NCBI GenBank assembly: GCA_945889315.1
Contig: CAMDBP010000006.1
Span: 246-64,245, forward strand
Direction of reading: 5' to 3'
Origin: Chitinophaga pinensis
GTDB taxonomy: Bacteria > Bacteroidota > Bacteroidia > NS11-12g > UBA9320
Length of the DNA stretch: 64,000 nt
Shown: positions 10,200 through 19,483 of the stretch, in pieces
How positions within the stretch are numbered: the stretch's first letter is position 1
How the letters are laid out: each line of letters opens with the position of its first letter
The notes under the pieces: model-generated
The model's database searches: none
Told to the model about the DNA's origin: nothing
The model's input: only the letters and a program-made list of their open reading frames with translations
Made by a program: the position numbers and the translations under genes

Positions 10200-11774
10200 A
10201 TGATTGAAGCAATTATAGCAATCGTATCACTTGCCATGGGCGGTGGCGTTGCCTGGATGGTAGCATCCAAAAACACCAGTACAAAAGCAATTGAGATAGA
10301 AGCAAAGGCAGAATCCATGTTGGCCACTGCACAATCCAAAGCAGATGCAATTAGATCTAAAGCAGAATCCTTTAAAAGAGAACGCGAGCTCGAAGCAAAA
10401 GAAAAATTTCATAAGCTTAAAAACGAACATAATGAGTCTACTCGTGAAAAAGAAAAAGACTTAGATAATCGTTTTAACGAGCTTAAAAGGAAAGAACAAA
10501 GTCTTGATTCGAAGCTACAGCACAACAGTGATAAAGAAAAAGAACTGGATGTGGTAAAGAAAAACCTGAGCAGCCAAGTAGAAATTGTTAAAAGCAAACA
10601 AGAGGAACTAAAAGATCAAATTAGTGCTCAGATCGCACAATTAGAGAAAATAGCCGGACTTTCTAAAGAAGAAGCAAAAGCACAAATGATTGATGCTGTA
10701 GCTAAAGACGCACGTACAGAAGCGCTTACTCAGCAAAAATTAATTCTGGAAGAAGCTAAGCTAACAGCTAACAAAGAAGCTAAACGTATGATTTTACAAA
10801 CCATACAACGTACCGCAGCAGAGCAAGCTATCGAAAATTCTGTTACCGTTTTCAATATTGACAACGATGACATCAAAGGACGTATAATCGGTAGAGAAGG
10901 ACGAAACATTAGAGCTTTGGAAGCCGCTACAGGTATTGAAATAATTGTAGATGACACTCCAGAGGCTATTATTCTATCTGGTTTTGACCCTGTGCGAAGA
11001 GAGATCGCTAGACTATCTCTACACAGACTGGTTGCGGACGGTAGAATTCATCCCGCACGAATCGAGGAAGTAGTGGAGAAAACTAGAAAAGATGTAGAAC
11101 AAGAAATAAACGAATACGGTGAAAAAACCGTAATCGATTTAGGAATTAACGGACTTCATCCAGAACTTATCCGTATGGTAGGTAGAATGAGATTCCGTTC
11201 ATCTTATGGACAAAACTTATTAAAGCACAGTAGAGAGGTAGCCAATTTATGTGCGACCATGGCAGCAGAGTTTGGTCTAGATGCTAAAAGAGCCAAACGA
11301 GCAGGGTTATTACACGATATAGGTAAAGTACCTGACAGCGATAGTGAAATGCCTCACGCATTGTTGGGAATGAAACTTTGTGAGAAATATGGGGAACATC
11401 CTGAAGTGTGTAACGCAGTAGGTGCTCACCACGATGAGATAGAAATGACTAACCTTTACTCTCCTATTATACAAGCATGTGACGCCATAAGCGGATCAAG
11501 ACCTGGAGCTCGTAGAGAAGACAGCGAAAATTACATCAAGCGTTTACAAGACCTAGAAAAACTAGCACTTAGTTTTGAAGGCGTAGAAAAAGCATTTGCA
11601 ATACAAGCAGGAAGAGAACTTCGTGTTATCGTAGACAGCGATGTACTGGATGATAAGAGTGCAGATCTACTTTCTTTTGATATGTCACAAAAAATCATGA
11701 AAGAAATGATATATCCCGGACAAATAAAGATTACGGTTATTCGTGAGCGCAGAGCAGTGAATTACGCGAAGTAA
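10200..11774 (+). CDS. rny: ribonuclease Y
   Basis: The 524-aa ORF has an N-terminal TM anchor and a long K/E coiled coil. A KH domain ([21 protein letters not shown]) and an HD domain (LLHDIGK...GAHHDE) follow. Confidence 0.95.
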   Translation: MIEAIIAIVSLAMGGGVAWMVASKNTSTKAIEIEAKAESMLATAQSKADAIRSKAESFKRERELEAKEKFHKLKNEHNESTREKEKDLDNRFNELKRKEQSLDSKLQHNSDKEKELDVVKKNLSSQVEIVKSKQEELKDQISAQIAQLEKIAGLSKEEAKAQMIDAVAKDARTEALTQQKLILEEAKLTANKEAKRMILQTIQRTAAEQAIENSVTVFNIDNDDIKGRIIGREGRNIRALEAATGIEIIVDDTPEAIILSGFDPVRREIARLSLHRLVADGRIHPARIEEVVEKTRKDVEQEINEYGEKTVIDLGINGLHPELIRMVGRMRFRSSYGQNLLKHSREVANLCATMAAEFGLDAKRAKRAGLLHDIGKVPDSDSEMPHALLGMKLCEKYGEHPEVCNAVGAHHDEIEMTNLYSPIIQACDAISGSRPGARREDSENYIKRLQDLEKLALSFEGVEKAFAIQAGRELRVIVDSDVLDDKSADLLSFDMSQKIMKEMIYPGQIKITVIRERRAVNYAK

Positions 11775-11813
11775 TTGTTGGTGATTAGTTAATCGTTCAA
11801 CTGGAAAATACAG

Positions 11814-11845
11814 AATGGAGTTGCGCAAGTAATTCCATTTTTTTT
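11814..11845 (+). terminator. intrinsic terminator after rny
   Basis: A 9-bp stem forms between AATGGAGTT and AATTCCATT (one G-U pair) around an 8-nt loop. A run of about 8 T follows. Confidence 0.7.
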
Positions 11846-11887
11846 GAAAATATTAATCACGCTGTAAGTCGTACTATTGCAACAGCA

Positions 11888-13105
11888 ATGAACCTACTTC
11901 TCAAAAATATAAAGCAACTCATTGGGATTACCGAGAATTCTGATGTTATAAAACGAGGAAAAGCACAAGGTGAAGTTAACACTTTAGATAATGCGTACTT
12001 ACTCATCCGAAATAACATCATAGATTCTTTTGGACCTATGCACGATTGCCCCAATGTAAGTATGGATACGCATGATTGCAACGGTCGATTGGTATTACCT
12101 ATGTACGTAGACTCACATACGCATCTGGTTTTTGCCGAAAGTAGAGCTGCCGAAATGAACATGCGTCTGCATGGTAAATCGTACCAAGAAATAGCTGAAG
12201 CAGGAGGAGGTATACTTAACAGTGCTACTAAACTACACGCTATGAGCGAGCAACAACTATACGACGCTGCTCACCTAAGACTTGAAAATGCAATCAAACA
12301 AGGAACTGGCGCTATTGAAATAAAAAGCGGATATGGACTAAATATAGAAGATGAAATGAAGATGCTCAGGGTAATTCGGGTATTAAAATCGCTTTCGCCC
12401 ATTCCTATAAAAGCAACTTTTTTGGGAGCCCATGCACTTCCTCACGAATACAAAAACAATAAAGCCGCCTATATTTACTTGGTTTGCAACGAAATGCTAC
12501 CTCGCATAGCTGGAGAAGGCCTCGCTGATTATATCGATATTTTTTGCGAAACGGGCTATTTTGATTTAGACGACTTAAAGCAAGTAATAGAATCTGGAGA
12601 TAAACATGGACTTAAGGCGAAAGTGCATGTAAATCAATTTAGTAGTTTTGGTGCGGTAAAAATGGCCTGTAAAATGGGAGCACTATCGGTAGACCATTTA
12701 GAGGTAATGACTGAAGATGACTACTTAGCGCTTTCCAACGCAAATACCGTTGCCACAGGATTGCCCCTTTGTTCCATGTTTCTAGATATTCCGTATACCC
12801 CTGGAAGACAATTGATAGACAAAAATATTCCCTTAGCGATTGCCAGTGACTTTAATCCGGGCTCTGCTCCGAGCAGTAATTTGAATTTGGCTTTTGGCTT
12901 AGCTTGTGCACAACTGAAACTAACACCTGAAGAAGCATTTAATGCACTCACCTACAATGCTGCCTTTGCTATGGAAGTTCAGCATGAGGTTGGAAGCATT
13001 CAAATTGGGAAAAAGGCCAACCTTATTCTCACCAAACCTGCCAATGGGTTAGAAGACATTCCCTATTGGTTCGGGGATAATATGATCGGGAGCGTAATTG
13101 TTTAA
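11888..13105 (+). CDS. hutI: imidazolonepropionase
   Basis: The 405-aa ORF carries the metal-binding DSHTHLVF motif, YQEIAEAGGGILNS, and the conserved amidohydrolase-fold motifs HV and ASDFNPGS. Confidence 0.9.
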   Translation: MNLLLKNIKQLIGITENSDVIKRGKAQGEVNTLDNAYLLIRNNIIDSFGPMHDCPNVSMDTHDCNGRLVLPMYVDSHTHLVFAESRAAEMNMRLHGKSYQEIAEAGGGILNSATKLHAMSEQQLYDAAHLRLENAIKQGTGAIEIKSGYGLNIEDEMKMLRVIRVLKSLSPIPIKATFLGAHALPHEYKNNKAAYIYLVCNEMLPRIAGEGLADYIDIFCETGYFDLDDLKQVIESGDKHGLKAKVHVNQFSSFGAVKMACKMGALSVDHLEVMTEDDYLALSNANTVATGLPLCSMFLDIPYTPGRQLIDKNIPLAIASDFNPGSAPSSNLNLAFGLACAQLKLTPEEAFNALTYNAAFAMEVQHEVGSIQIGKKANLILTKPANGLEDIPYWFGDNMIGSVIV

Positions 13106-14991
13106 TACGCTCGATCCTTACTTCCTTCCATATAGTAGACATAACTCCTATTCACCACTTGATTACCACCTGGCGTAGGATAGTTACCAGAGAAATACCA
13201 GTCTCCTTTGTGATTTGGGCAAGAAGCATGTAATCCCGCAATACTTTGAAACGCTATTTCTACCTTAGCTTTCATATTTTCTGGGGTTACGAGTAAGGCT
13301 ATTTCAGTTTCTATTTCTTTATCTGTAAATCTGTCATACAACATCTTTACTTTGTTTTGCATTTCAGCAACTGGTTTTTCCAATTCTTGTTTACACGCTT
13401 CGTACACGGTATTCATAAATGACAATTCACCATTTTTTTCCAATAAGCTTTTTACCGCTTGAAAAGATATGAACTCATTCATACGACTCATGTCAATACC
13501 GTAGCAATCTGGGTATTTTATAATAGGAGCCGAAGAAACAACAATTATTTTCTTTGGCTCTAGCCTATCCAAAATGCGAAGAATACTCTTTTTGAGCGTA
13601 GTGCCTCGCACGATACTATCATCTACCACTACTAATGTGTCTGTAGATTTAATAACGCCGTAAGTCACATCATATCCGTTACCTACCAGATTATCTCTAC
13701 CTGCATCTTGCGCAATAAACGTTCTGATTTTAGCATCCTTTACCAAGAGTTTTTCTCTCCTTATCTTTACAGAAAGTAACTTGTCAATTTCTGCAGGATT
13801 AGGATTTTCTCCTAACCTGATAATTGCCTCACGTTTCCACTTGTCTAGGTATTTATAAATACCATCTACCAAACCATAGTAAGATGTTCCCGCAGTATTT
13901 GGGATATAGGAGAATACGGTGCTTCGTATGTCGTAATCCAAGCGCGTAAGAATTTCTCTTGCCATTTTACGACCGAGCATTTTACGTTCTTGGTGTATTT
14001 TACCATCGCTACCACGAGAAAAGTAGATACGCTCGAAACTGCATGATTTTCTCTCGAGCTGCGGCAGTATTTCTTTCTCTTCAAAGTTTCCATCGCGGTC
14101 AATAATTAGAGCACAACCAGGAGTCACCTCTTTAAGCTCGTCCATTTGCAAATCAAACGCTGTTTGAATAGCCGGACGTTCACTTGCCACTACCAGAAAC
14201 TCGTCATTAGACCAATAGTAATTAGGTCTGATTCCATTGGGATCACGCATTACAAATGCATTACCATCACCTATCAAACCAACCATATTATATCCTCCGT
14301 CTACATTTTTAAACGCACTTTTTAATACATTCTGGAGGTTTAAGTTTTTCTTAATAAAGTCAGCAATGGCAAAATTATCCATGCCTTTTTCTTTGCACTC
14401 ACGATAAAGTCTTGCGTTCTCCTCATCCAAGAAATGACCTATTTTTTCAAGCATGGTCACATTATCGCTTATTTCTTTTGGATGCTGGCCCAATTGAATA
14501 AGTTGCTGGTACATCTCATTCACATTAGTCATGTTATAATTACCCGCTAGAACCAAGTTTCGGCTCATCCAGTTATTTTGACGTAAGAATGGATGAATAT
14601 TTTCTATGCTGTCTTTACCATGTGTGGCATAGCGCAAATGCCCAAGCAATAATTCACCTGCATAGGGGTAATTTTTCTTGAGCCAGTCTGTATCCTTGAC
14701 CTTTTCTTTATCTAACTCACTGAATTTTTGATTGACACGTTCAAAAAGAGTGCTTACAGCGTCACTTCCTTTTGCTCTTTCACGAGCGATATATCGGTGT
14801 CCAAATTCAGGATTTAATTTTATGACCGCAAGTCCAGAGCCATCTTGTCCACGATTGAGTTGCTTGTTCATTAGCATTTGCAACTTTTCAATCCCAATAA
14901 GCTCAGTTCCGTACTTCTCGCGGTAATATTCTAGCGGTTTTCTGAGCCTTACTAAGGCAACTCCACATTCGTGTTTTATAGCATCACTCAT
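13102..14991 (-). CDS. purF: amidophosphoribosyltransferase (class II glutamine amidotransferase)
   Basis: The 629-aa ORF has an N-terminal HECGVALV nucleophile region. The PRTase motif LVVVDDSIVRGTT is present. The size fits the long Bacteroidetes-type PurF. Confidence 0.9.
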   Translation of the reverse strand: MSDAIKHECGVALVRLRKPLEYYREKYGTELIGIEKLQMLMNKQLNRGQDGSGLAVIKLNPEFGHRYIARERAKGSDAVSTLFERVNQKFSELDKEKVKDTDWLKKNYPYAGELLLGHLRYATHGKDSIENIHPFLRQNNWMSRNLVLAGNYNMTNVNEMYQQLIQLGQHPKEISDNVTMLEKIGHFLDEENARLYRECKEKGMDNFAIADFIKKNLNLQNVLKSAFKNVDGGYNMVGLIGDGNAFVMRDPNGIRPNYYWSNDEFLVVASERPAIQTAFDLQMDELKEVTPGCALIIDRDGNFEEKEILPQLERKSCSFERIYFSRGSDGKIHQERKMLGRKMAREILTRLDYDIRSTVFSYIPNTAGTSYYGLVDGIYKYLDKWKREAIIRLGENPNPAEIDKLLSVKIRREKLLVKDAKIRTFIAQDAGRDNLVGNGYDVTYGVIKSTDTLVVVDDSIVRGTTLKKSILRILDRLEPKKIIVVSSAPIIKYPDCYGIDMSRMNEFISFQAVKSLLEKNGELSFMNTVYEACKQELEKPVAEMQNKVKMLYDRFTDKEIETEIALLVTPENMKAKVEIAFQSIAGLHASCPNHKGDWYFSGNYPTPGGNQVVNRSYVYYMEGSKDRAY

Positions 14992-15047
14992 ATACTGCGT
15001 TTAAGCCACAAATGTATAACTTTGAAGTGTCATAAGAGCCACAACAC

Positions 15048-15470
15048 GTGAAAATACTGATTATAAATGGACCCAATTTAAACCTACTGGGAAAGCGAGA
15101 ACCTAGTATTTACGGGCATCAAACATTCGAAGAGTACTTAGTGCAAGTTAGAAACCAATTTTCAACAACTCAACTCGATTATTTTCAACATAATGTGGAA
15201 GGAGAACTGGTCAACAGACTCCATCTAGCAGATGACGAAGGATACGCTGGCATTGTACTAAACGCTGGCGGATATTCTCACACCTCCGTGGCTTTAGCAG
15301 ATGCAATCGCTGGTATACGCACTCCCGTTATAGCTGTCCATATCTCCAATATCTATAGCAGAGAAAGCGAAAGACATACCGAACTACTTGCACAATATGT
15401 AGAAGGGGGAATTTTTGGACTAGGGTTGCAAGGATATTCCTTAGCTATACAATCCTTTCTAAATCGCTAA
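15048..15470 (+). CDS. aroQ: type II 3-dehydroquinate dehydratase
   Basis: The ORF has a GTG start and begins MKILIINGPNLNLLGKREPSIYG. It also contains the motifs NAGGYSHTSVA and HISNI. Confidence 0.95.
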   Translation: MKILIINGPNLNLLGKREPSIYGHQTFEEYLVQVRNQFSTTQLDYFQHNVEGELVNRLHLADDEGYAGIVLNAGGYSHTSVALADAIAGIRTPVIAVHISNIYSRESERHTELLAQYVEGGIFGLGLQGYSLAIQSFLNR

Positions 15471-16479
15471 ACTTCTTTTTACCTTTGATAAAATACTGCC
15501 AAACAATAGATTTGGCATACAGCATCACTGGTTTGTTGCCAAGCGTCTTCACCCATCGTCTTTTGCCCAATACCTTATGAAACTGACCCCAGAAAGCAAA
15601 GTGAGCTTTGAGTATCATAAAAAACAAAGAGACCTTGCCCTCAAGTAAAAAGGTATAGGCCGAGACTCCATCTAGTATCATTCTCCAGATAATAATCATA
15701 AACCAAAAGGGTGAAGCATGATTTTTAGCCAGCAACAACAAGTTATTCCTAAAATTTAGAAAATACTTCCGATCAGAGCCTTCGGCTAACGTCCCACCGC
15801 CTACATGATATACTACAGAACTAGGTTCTACCCAAATGGAATAGCCTGCCCGTTGCATTCGCCAACACAGATCTATTTCTTCCATATGAGCAAAAAAATC
15901 TCCATCTAGTTGCCCTACGCGATGAAATGCCTCTGCACTCACAAACATGCAAGCTCCAGTAGCCCAAAAAACCGGGCACGGTATTTCATATTGCGAATTG
16001 TCGTCTTCTAAGGTGTCAAATATTCGGCCCCTGCAAAACGGATAGCCCCATTTATCTATAAAACCACCGCTAGCTCCGGCATATTCAAATTTGACCTTAT
16101 TTTTATAATCTAAAATTTTGGGTTGGATTGCACCTATATTCGGATCAGAAATAGCCATTTCTACCAATGGATTTATCCAATTAGAGGAAACTTCCACATC
16201 ACTGTTGAGCAGCACATAATAATCGGCTTTAATTTGACTTAGGGCCCAATTGTATCCTCCTGCATATCCTAAATTTTCATCGGTTACTATGAGATGAACC
16301 TCGCTAAAATGCGATTTGCAATACGCTACAGAATCATCTGTGGATGCATTATCAACCAACCACACCTCGTTGTGCGCATACTCAGTAGCCAAAACACTTG
16401 GCAAAAACTTTTCTAATAGCGGCCTGGTATTGTAATTTAAGATAACAATCGCTACTTTGGGTGATAGTGCATTCGGCAT
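15445..16479 (-). CDS. glycosyltransferase family 2
   Basis: The 344-aa ORF has a GT-A N-terminus, VAIVILNYNTRPLLEKFL...VDNASTDDS, and a later NSDVE (DxD-like) motif. Its 3' end overlaps aroQ convergently by 26 nt. Confidence 0.85.
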   Translation of the reverse strand: MPNALSPKVAIVILNYNTRPLLEKFLPSVLATEYAHNEVWLVDNASTDDSVAYCKSHFSEVHLIVTDENLGYAGGYNWALSQIKADYYVLLNSDVEVSSNWINPLVEMAISDPNIGAIQPKILDYKNKVKFEYAGASGGFIDKWGYPFCRGRIFDTLEDDNSQYEIPCPVFWATGACMFVSAEAFHRVGQLDGDFFAHMEEIDLCWRMQRAGYSIWVEPSSVVYHVGGGTLAEGSDRKYFLNFRNNLLLLAKNHASPFWFMIIIWRMILDGVSAYTFLLEGKVSLFFMILKAHFAFWGQFHKVLGKRRWVKTLGNKPVMLYAKSIVWQYFIKGKKKFSDLERIV

Positions 16480-16480
16480 A

Positions 16481-16834
16481 CTATTTAGGTGAAAAAATAA
16501 ATTTCATACTTTCTGGATGAACTAACAAAATACAAAATGAATTTGCATTTGCTCTCATTTGCTTTTCAAAATCAGCTTGTTTTTCACTTAAAATAATTTT
16601 TCGAGTTACCATTTCTTCCAAGGTACTTGCCGAAAAATGAAAGTGTGTTTGGTACACATCCTTCTCGATTACCTTTTGTGCTATAGCTATATCATCAGCG
16701 TGCGCTAAAAGTATAGGAAATTCAGAATATCCTCCATCCACTATCGCTTTTACGGTCTCAGTTAATTCTTTTTTTAATGCTTTTATATCTTGCTCTACCT
16801 CAGTTAATATCTCTGCTTCTGTTTTGTTCATCAT
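16481..16834 (-). CDS. hypothetical protein
   Basis: The 117-aa ORF ends 1 nt before the GT2 start, so the two are probably co-transcribed. I recognise no motif. Confidence 0.5.
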   Translation of the reverse strand: MMNKTEAEILTEVEQDIKALKKELTETVKAIVDGGYSEFPILLAHADDIAIAQKVIEKDVYQTHFHFSASTLEEMVTRKIILSEKQADFEKQMRANANSFCILLVHPESMKFIFSPK

Positions 16835-16937
16835 TCGTTCTTTCTATGGTAAAATGTTAGGTCAATGACATTTTTTATAGGTACTAGCAAAAGTCTACAA
16901 TAAATGTCGTAATATCGAATTGAAAATAAAGGATTAG

Positions 16938-17498
16938 ATGAAACTACACACCTTAACTATCGCAGCCTGCTTCATCCTATTAATGGGAAGTTGCTCTGAC
17001 AAAGAAAGCACTAAATCTGTAATCGGTTTCAAACCGATTTATGGAGGATTAGAAGACATTCAAAAGCTAATTACAACTACCGCAGCTCAGCCGCTCAAGT
17101 CAGTTGGTAAGATTTACACCTACGGCAATCTATTGTTAATCAATGAAGTAGGAAAAGGTGTGCACGTGTATGACAATCAAGACCCGTCAGCACCAGTTAA
17201 TCTTAAATTTATAGCTATTCCTGGCAATGTGGATGTAGCGCTAAAAGACGGCTATCTCTATGCCGATCTTAATTTTGGTATTGTAACCTTGGATATTTCA
17301 GATTTAGATCATGTTACGTTAACTAATCTAAACACGGAGTATAAGGGTAATGACATACAAAACACCCCATCTCGCAATCAAATAGATACGAGACCGTTAG
17401 GCAAAGTATATTTTGAATGCCCTGAAGCTAGTAAAGGAACGGTGATAACCTGGGAACTCGTTCAAATGCCAAAACCACAGTGCTATATGAATAACTAA
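16938..17498 (+). CDS. lipoprotein, LVIVD-like repeat protein, N-terminal-half homologue of the ORF at 55662-56906
   Basis: The lipoprotein signal is MKLHTLTIAACFILLMGSC. The LVIVD-like segment GVHVYDNQDPSAPV is present. The protein is colinear with residues of about 55-130 of the 414-aa paralogue. Confidence 0.7.
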   Translation: MKLHTLTIAACFILLMGSCSDKESTKSVIGFKPIYGGLEDIQKLITTTAAQPLKSVGKIYTYGNLLLINEVGKGVHVYDNQDPSAPVNLKFIAIPGNVDVALKDGYLYADLNFGIVTLDISDLDHVTLTNLNTEYKGNDIQNTPSRNQIDTRPLGKVYFECPEASKGTVITWELVQMPKPQCYMNN

Positions 17499-17499
17499 G

Positions 17500-18270
17500 A
17501 TGAAAAAAATTACACAAAACACACTTACTATACTCTTTTGTATTACCCTGATAGCCGGATGTTCAAAAGACAGTTCTTCCCCTTCTAATGACCCAACTTC
17601 CATTGATGGAGGTGGAATAACAGGAACGGGAGGCTCATTAGCACGCTTTAGCATTGTGAATGATAACTTGTATATTCTTACTCAGAATACCTTATTCACC
17701 TATTCTCTTGCAGATAAACGTCATCCAAAATATCAGACCAGCGTATTTGTTGCTACCGGAGCAGAGACCTTATTCTCCTTAGACAATACGCTTTTAATAG
17801 GCACGCAAAACGGGATGCTCATATACGCATTAGATAATCCCAACAAACCAAAATATATTTCTACATACGCACATGTTAGAAGTTGCGACCCTGTTGTAGC
17901 CAAAGGTCAGTATGCCTATTCTACCTTGCGGGTTGCCAGTAATTGTGACCGCGGAGTTAATAGACTTGACGTTATCGATATTTTGAATATTAATTCTCCA
18001 AAACAAGTTAGTAGCTTAGACATGGAAAACCCTATTGGTTTAGGCATCACTCAAAATAATTTGTATGTATGCGACAACAACAAGATAAAGATCTACTCAC
18101 TAAGCAACCCCGAATCACCTGTTTTGCAAGGGTATACCGTTCTGACGGGTTGTTTTGACATAATCATTAAAAACGACATCTTACTGGCTGTTGGTAAGCA
18201 GGGTGTAACACAATTTACGATAAAGAACGACGGCACATTGGAGTCCTTAAGCGTGATTACCACTGACTAA
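17500..18270 (+). CDS. lipoprotein, LVIVD-like repeat protein, C-terminal-half homologue of the ORF at 55662-56906
   Basis: It has its own lipobox (LIAGCS). The motifs GTGGSLARFS, CDPVVAKGQYAYS, LDVIDILNINSP and IKIYSLSNPESP are colinear with the C-terminal 220 aa of the fused paralogue. Confidence 0.7.
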   Translation: MKKITQNTLTILFCITLIAGCSKDSSSPSNDPTSIDGGGITGTGGSLARFSIVNDNLYILTQNTLFTYSLADKRHPKYQTSVFVATGAETLFSLDNTLLIGTQNGMLIYALDNPNKPKYISTYAHVRSCDPVVAKGQYAYSTLRVASNCDRGVNRLDVIDILNINSPKQVSSLDMENPIGLGITQNNLYVCDNNKIKIYSLSNPESPVLQGYTVLTGCFDIIIKNDILLAVGKQGVTQFTIKNDGTLESLSVITTD

Positions 18271-18297
18271 TCTAGCACGAATTCCGCATTTCATTAA

Positions 18298-18990
18298 ATG
18301 AAGAAATTAACAGCTTCACTTTTAGTATTGTTTATTTTTGGGCTTCACACTAAAGCACAAACGAACGAGACTCCGGTGGCACCTGGCGACTACGGCATTT
18401 TCAAACTAGATGTTCTTAATTTAATGGGAATTGGCATACAAAAACTCCATGTAGGTTATGAGATTTCTCCCTTAAAGGCAAACCTCAATAATCTCCCTAC
18501 CATTAATCTAAATCTGAATATTCCCTTTAACGGACTAAATCAAATTGATATGAAATATGGTGTGGAAGTTGGAGGTGAATTGCGTTTCTACCAACGAAGA
18601 CGTAACCATGATTTGCCCATCGCAGAAGGTTTATTCCTAGGAGTAGGCATGGACGGGGGTTATGTTAATTTTAACAGAACGGAAGAATACTACTCTAGTT
18701 TTGGAAGTGTACGAGAAATTGAAAACTCATATCAACGCGTGCGTACAGGTATATTTTTAATGATGGGATCACAGTCCAAAATAGGAGAAAAGATGTACTT
18801 TGACATAAATATGGGAATGGGTTGGAGTAACGTAAATGTGCAACAAACCAATGTGGACGACCCGGGTAGTGATTATCAAAAAAATTCAGAATATCGTAGT
18901 CCTTTCTATCTACTTTATAACGAGGGCAAAGGTCAACGTTTTTATATGCCAGTATCCATTAGCCTAGGTTATAACTTTGGCACTCGATAA
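18298..18990 (+). CDS. predicted outer-membrane beta-barrel protein (unknown family)
   Basis: The signal peptide is MKKLTASLLVLFIFGLHTKAQ. Alternating hydrophobic strands are visible (GVEVGGELRFY, GLFLGVGMDGGYVNF, MYFDINMGMGWS). The C-terminus (VSISLGYNFGTR) is aromatic-rich. Confidence 0.5.
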   Translation: MKKLTASLLVLFIFGLHTKAQTNETPVAPGDYGIFKLDVLNLMGIGIQKLHVGYEISPLKANLNNLPTINLNLNIPFNGLNQIDMKYGVEVGGELRFYQRRRNHDLPIAEGLFLGVGMDGGYVNFNRTEEYYSSFGSVREIENSYQRVRTGIFLMMGSQSKIGEKMYFDINMGMGWSNVNVQQTNVDDPGSDYQKNSEYRSPFYLLYNEGKGQRFYMPVSISLGYNFGTR

Positions 18991-19477
18991 ATCAGATATT
19001 CATCTCGTAACATCGGATGAGCAAATAGAACACGTTGCTCGTCTAGCACGTGAAATATGGACAGAGCATTATACTTCTATCATTGGAATAGAGCAAGTCA
19101 ACTACATGCTCGATAAATTTCAATGTAACTCCGTTGTCCAACAACAGATAGAAGAAGGATTGCATTATTTCCTTTTAGGAAACGATAACCCCATTGGTTA
19201 CTTGGCACTTAAAGTAGAGTCACCCGATCTTTTCGTGAGTAAGATTTACCTACTAGCGTCATTTCGCAATCAAGGTTATGGTAAACTACTCATTCAATTT
19301 GCCGAGAATTTTTCACAAGAAAACCAATGTATGCAATTGAAACTTACGGTAAACAAATACAACTTAGCTACAATTCAAGCCTATAAAAAACTAGGTTTTA
19401 CGCAAAAAAGAGAAGTAGTATTTGATATAGGTAACGGTTATATAATGGATGATTACGAGATGGTAAAGCCCATCTAA
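18977..19477 (+). CDS. GNAT family N-acetyltransferase
   Basis: The ORF has a TTG start overlapping the preceding gene by 14 nt. The acetyl-CoA binding region is YLLASFRNQGYGKLLI...AYKKLGF. Confidence 0.8.
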   Translation: MALDKSDIHLVTSDEQIEHVARLAREIWTEHYTSIIGIEQVNYMLDKFQCNSVVQQQIEEGLHYFLLGNDNPIGYLALKVESPDLFVSKIYLLASFRNQGYGKLLIQFAENFSQENQCMQLKLTVNKYNLATIQAYKKLGFTQKREVVFDIGNGYIMDDYEMVKPI

Positions 19478-19483
19478 ATTATT

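Noticed and set aside
17496-17502. The idea that the TAA-g-ATG junction between the two LVIVD-like ORFs is a recent nonsense mutation, frameshift or recoding site in a single gene.
   Set aside because: The downstream ORF begins with a complete lipoprotein signal peptide and lipobox that is absent from the corresponding region of the fused paralogue. The split looks evolved rather than accidental.
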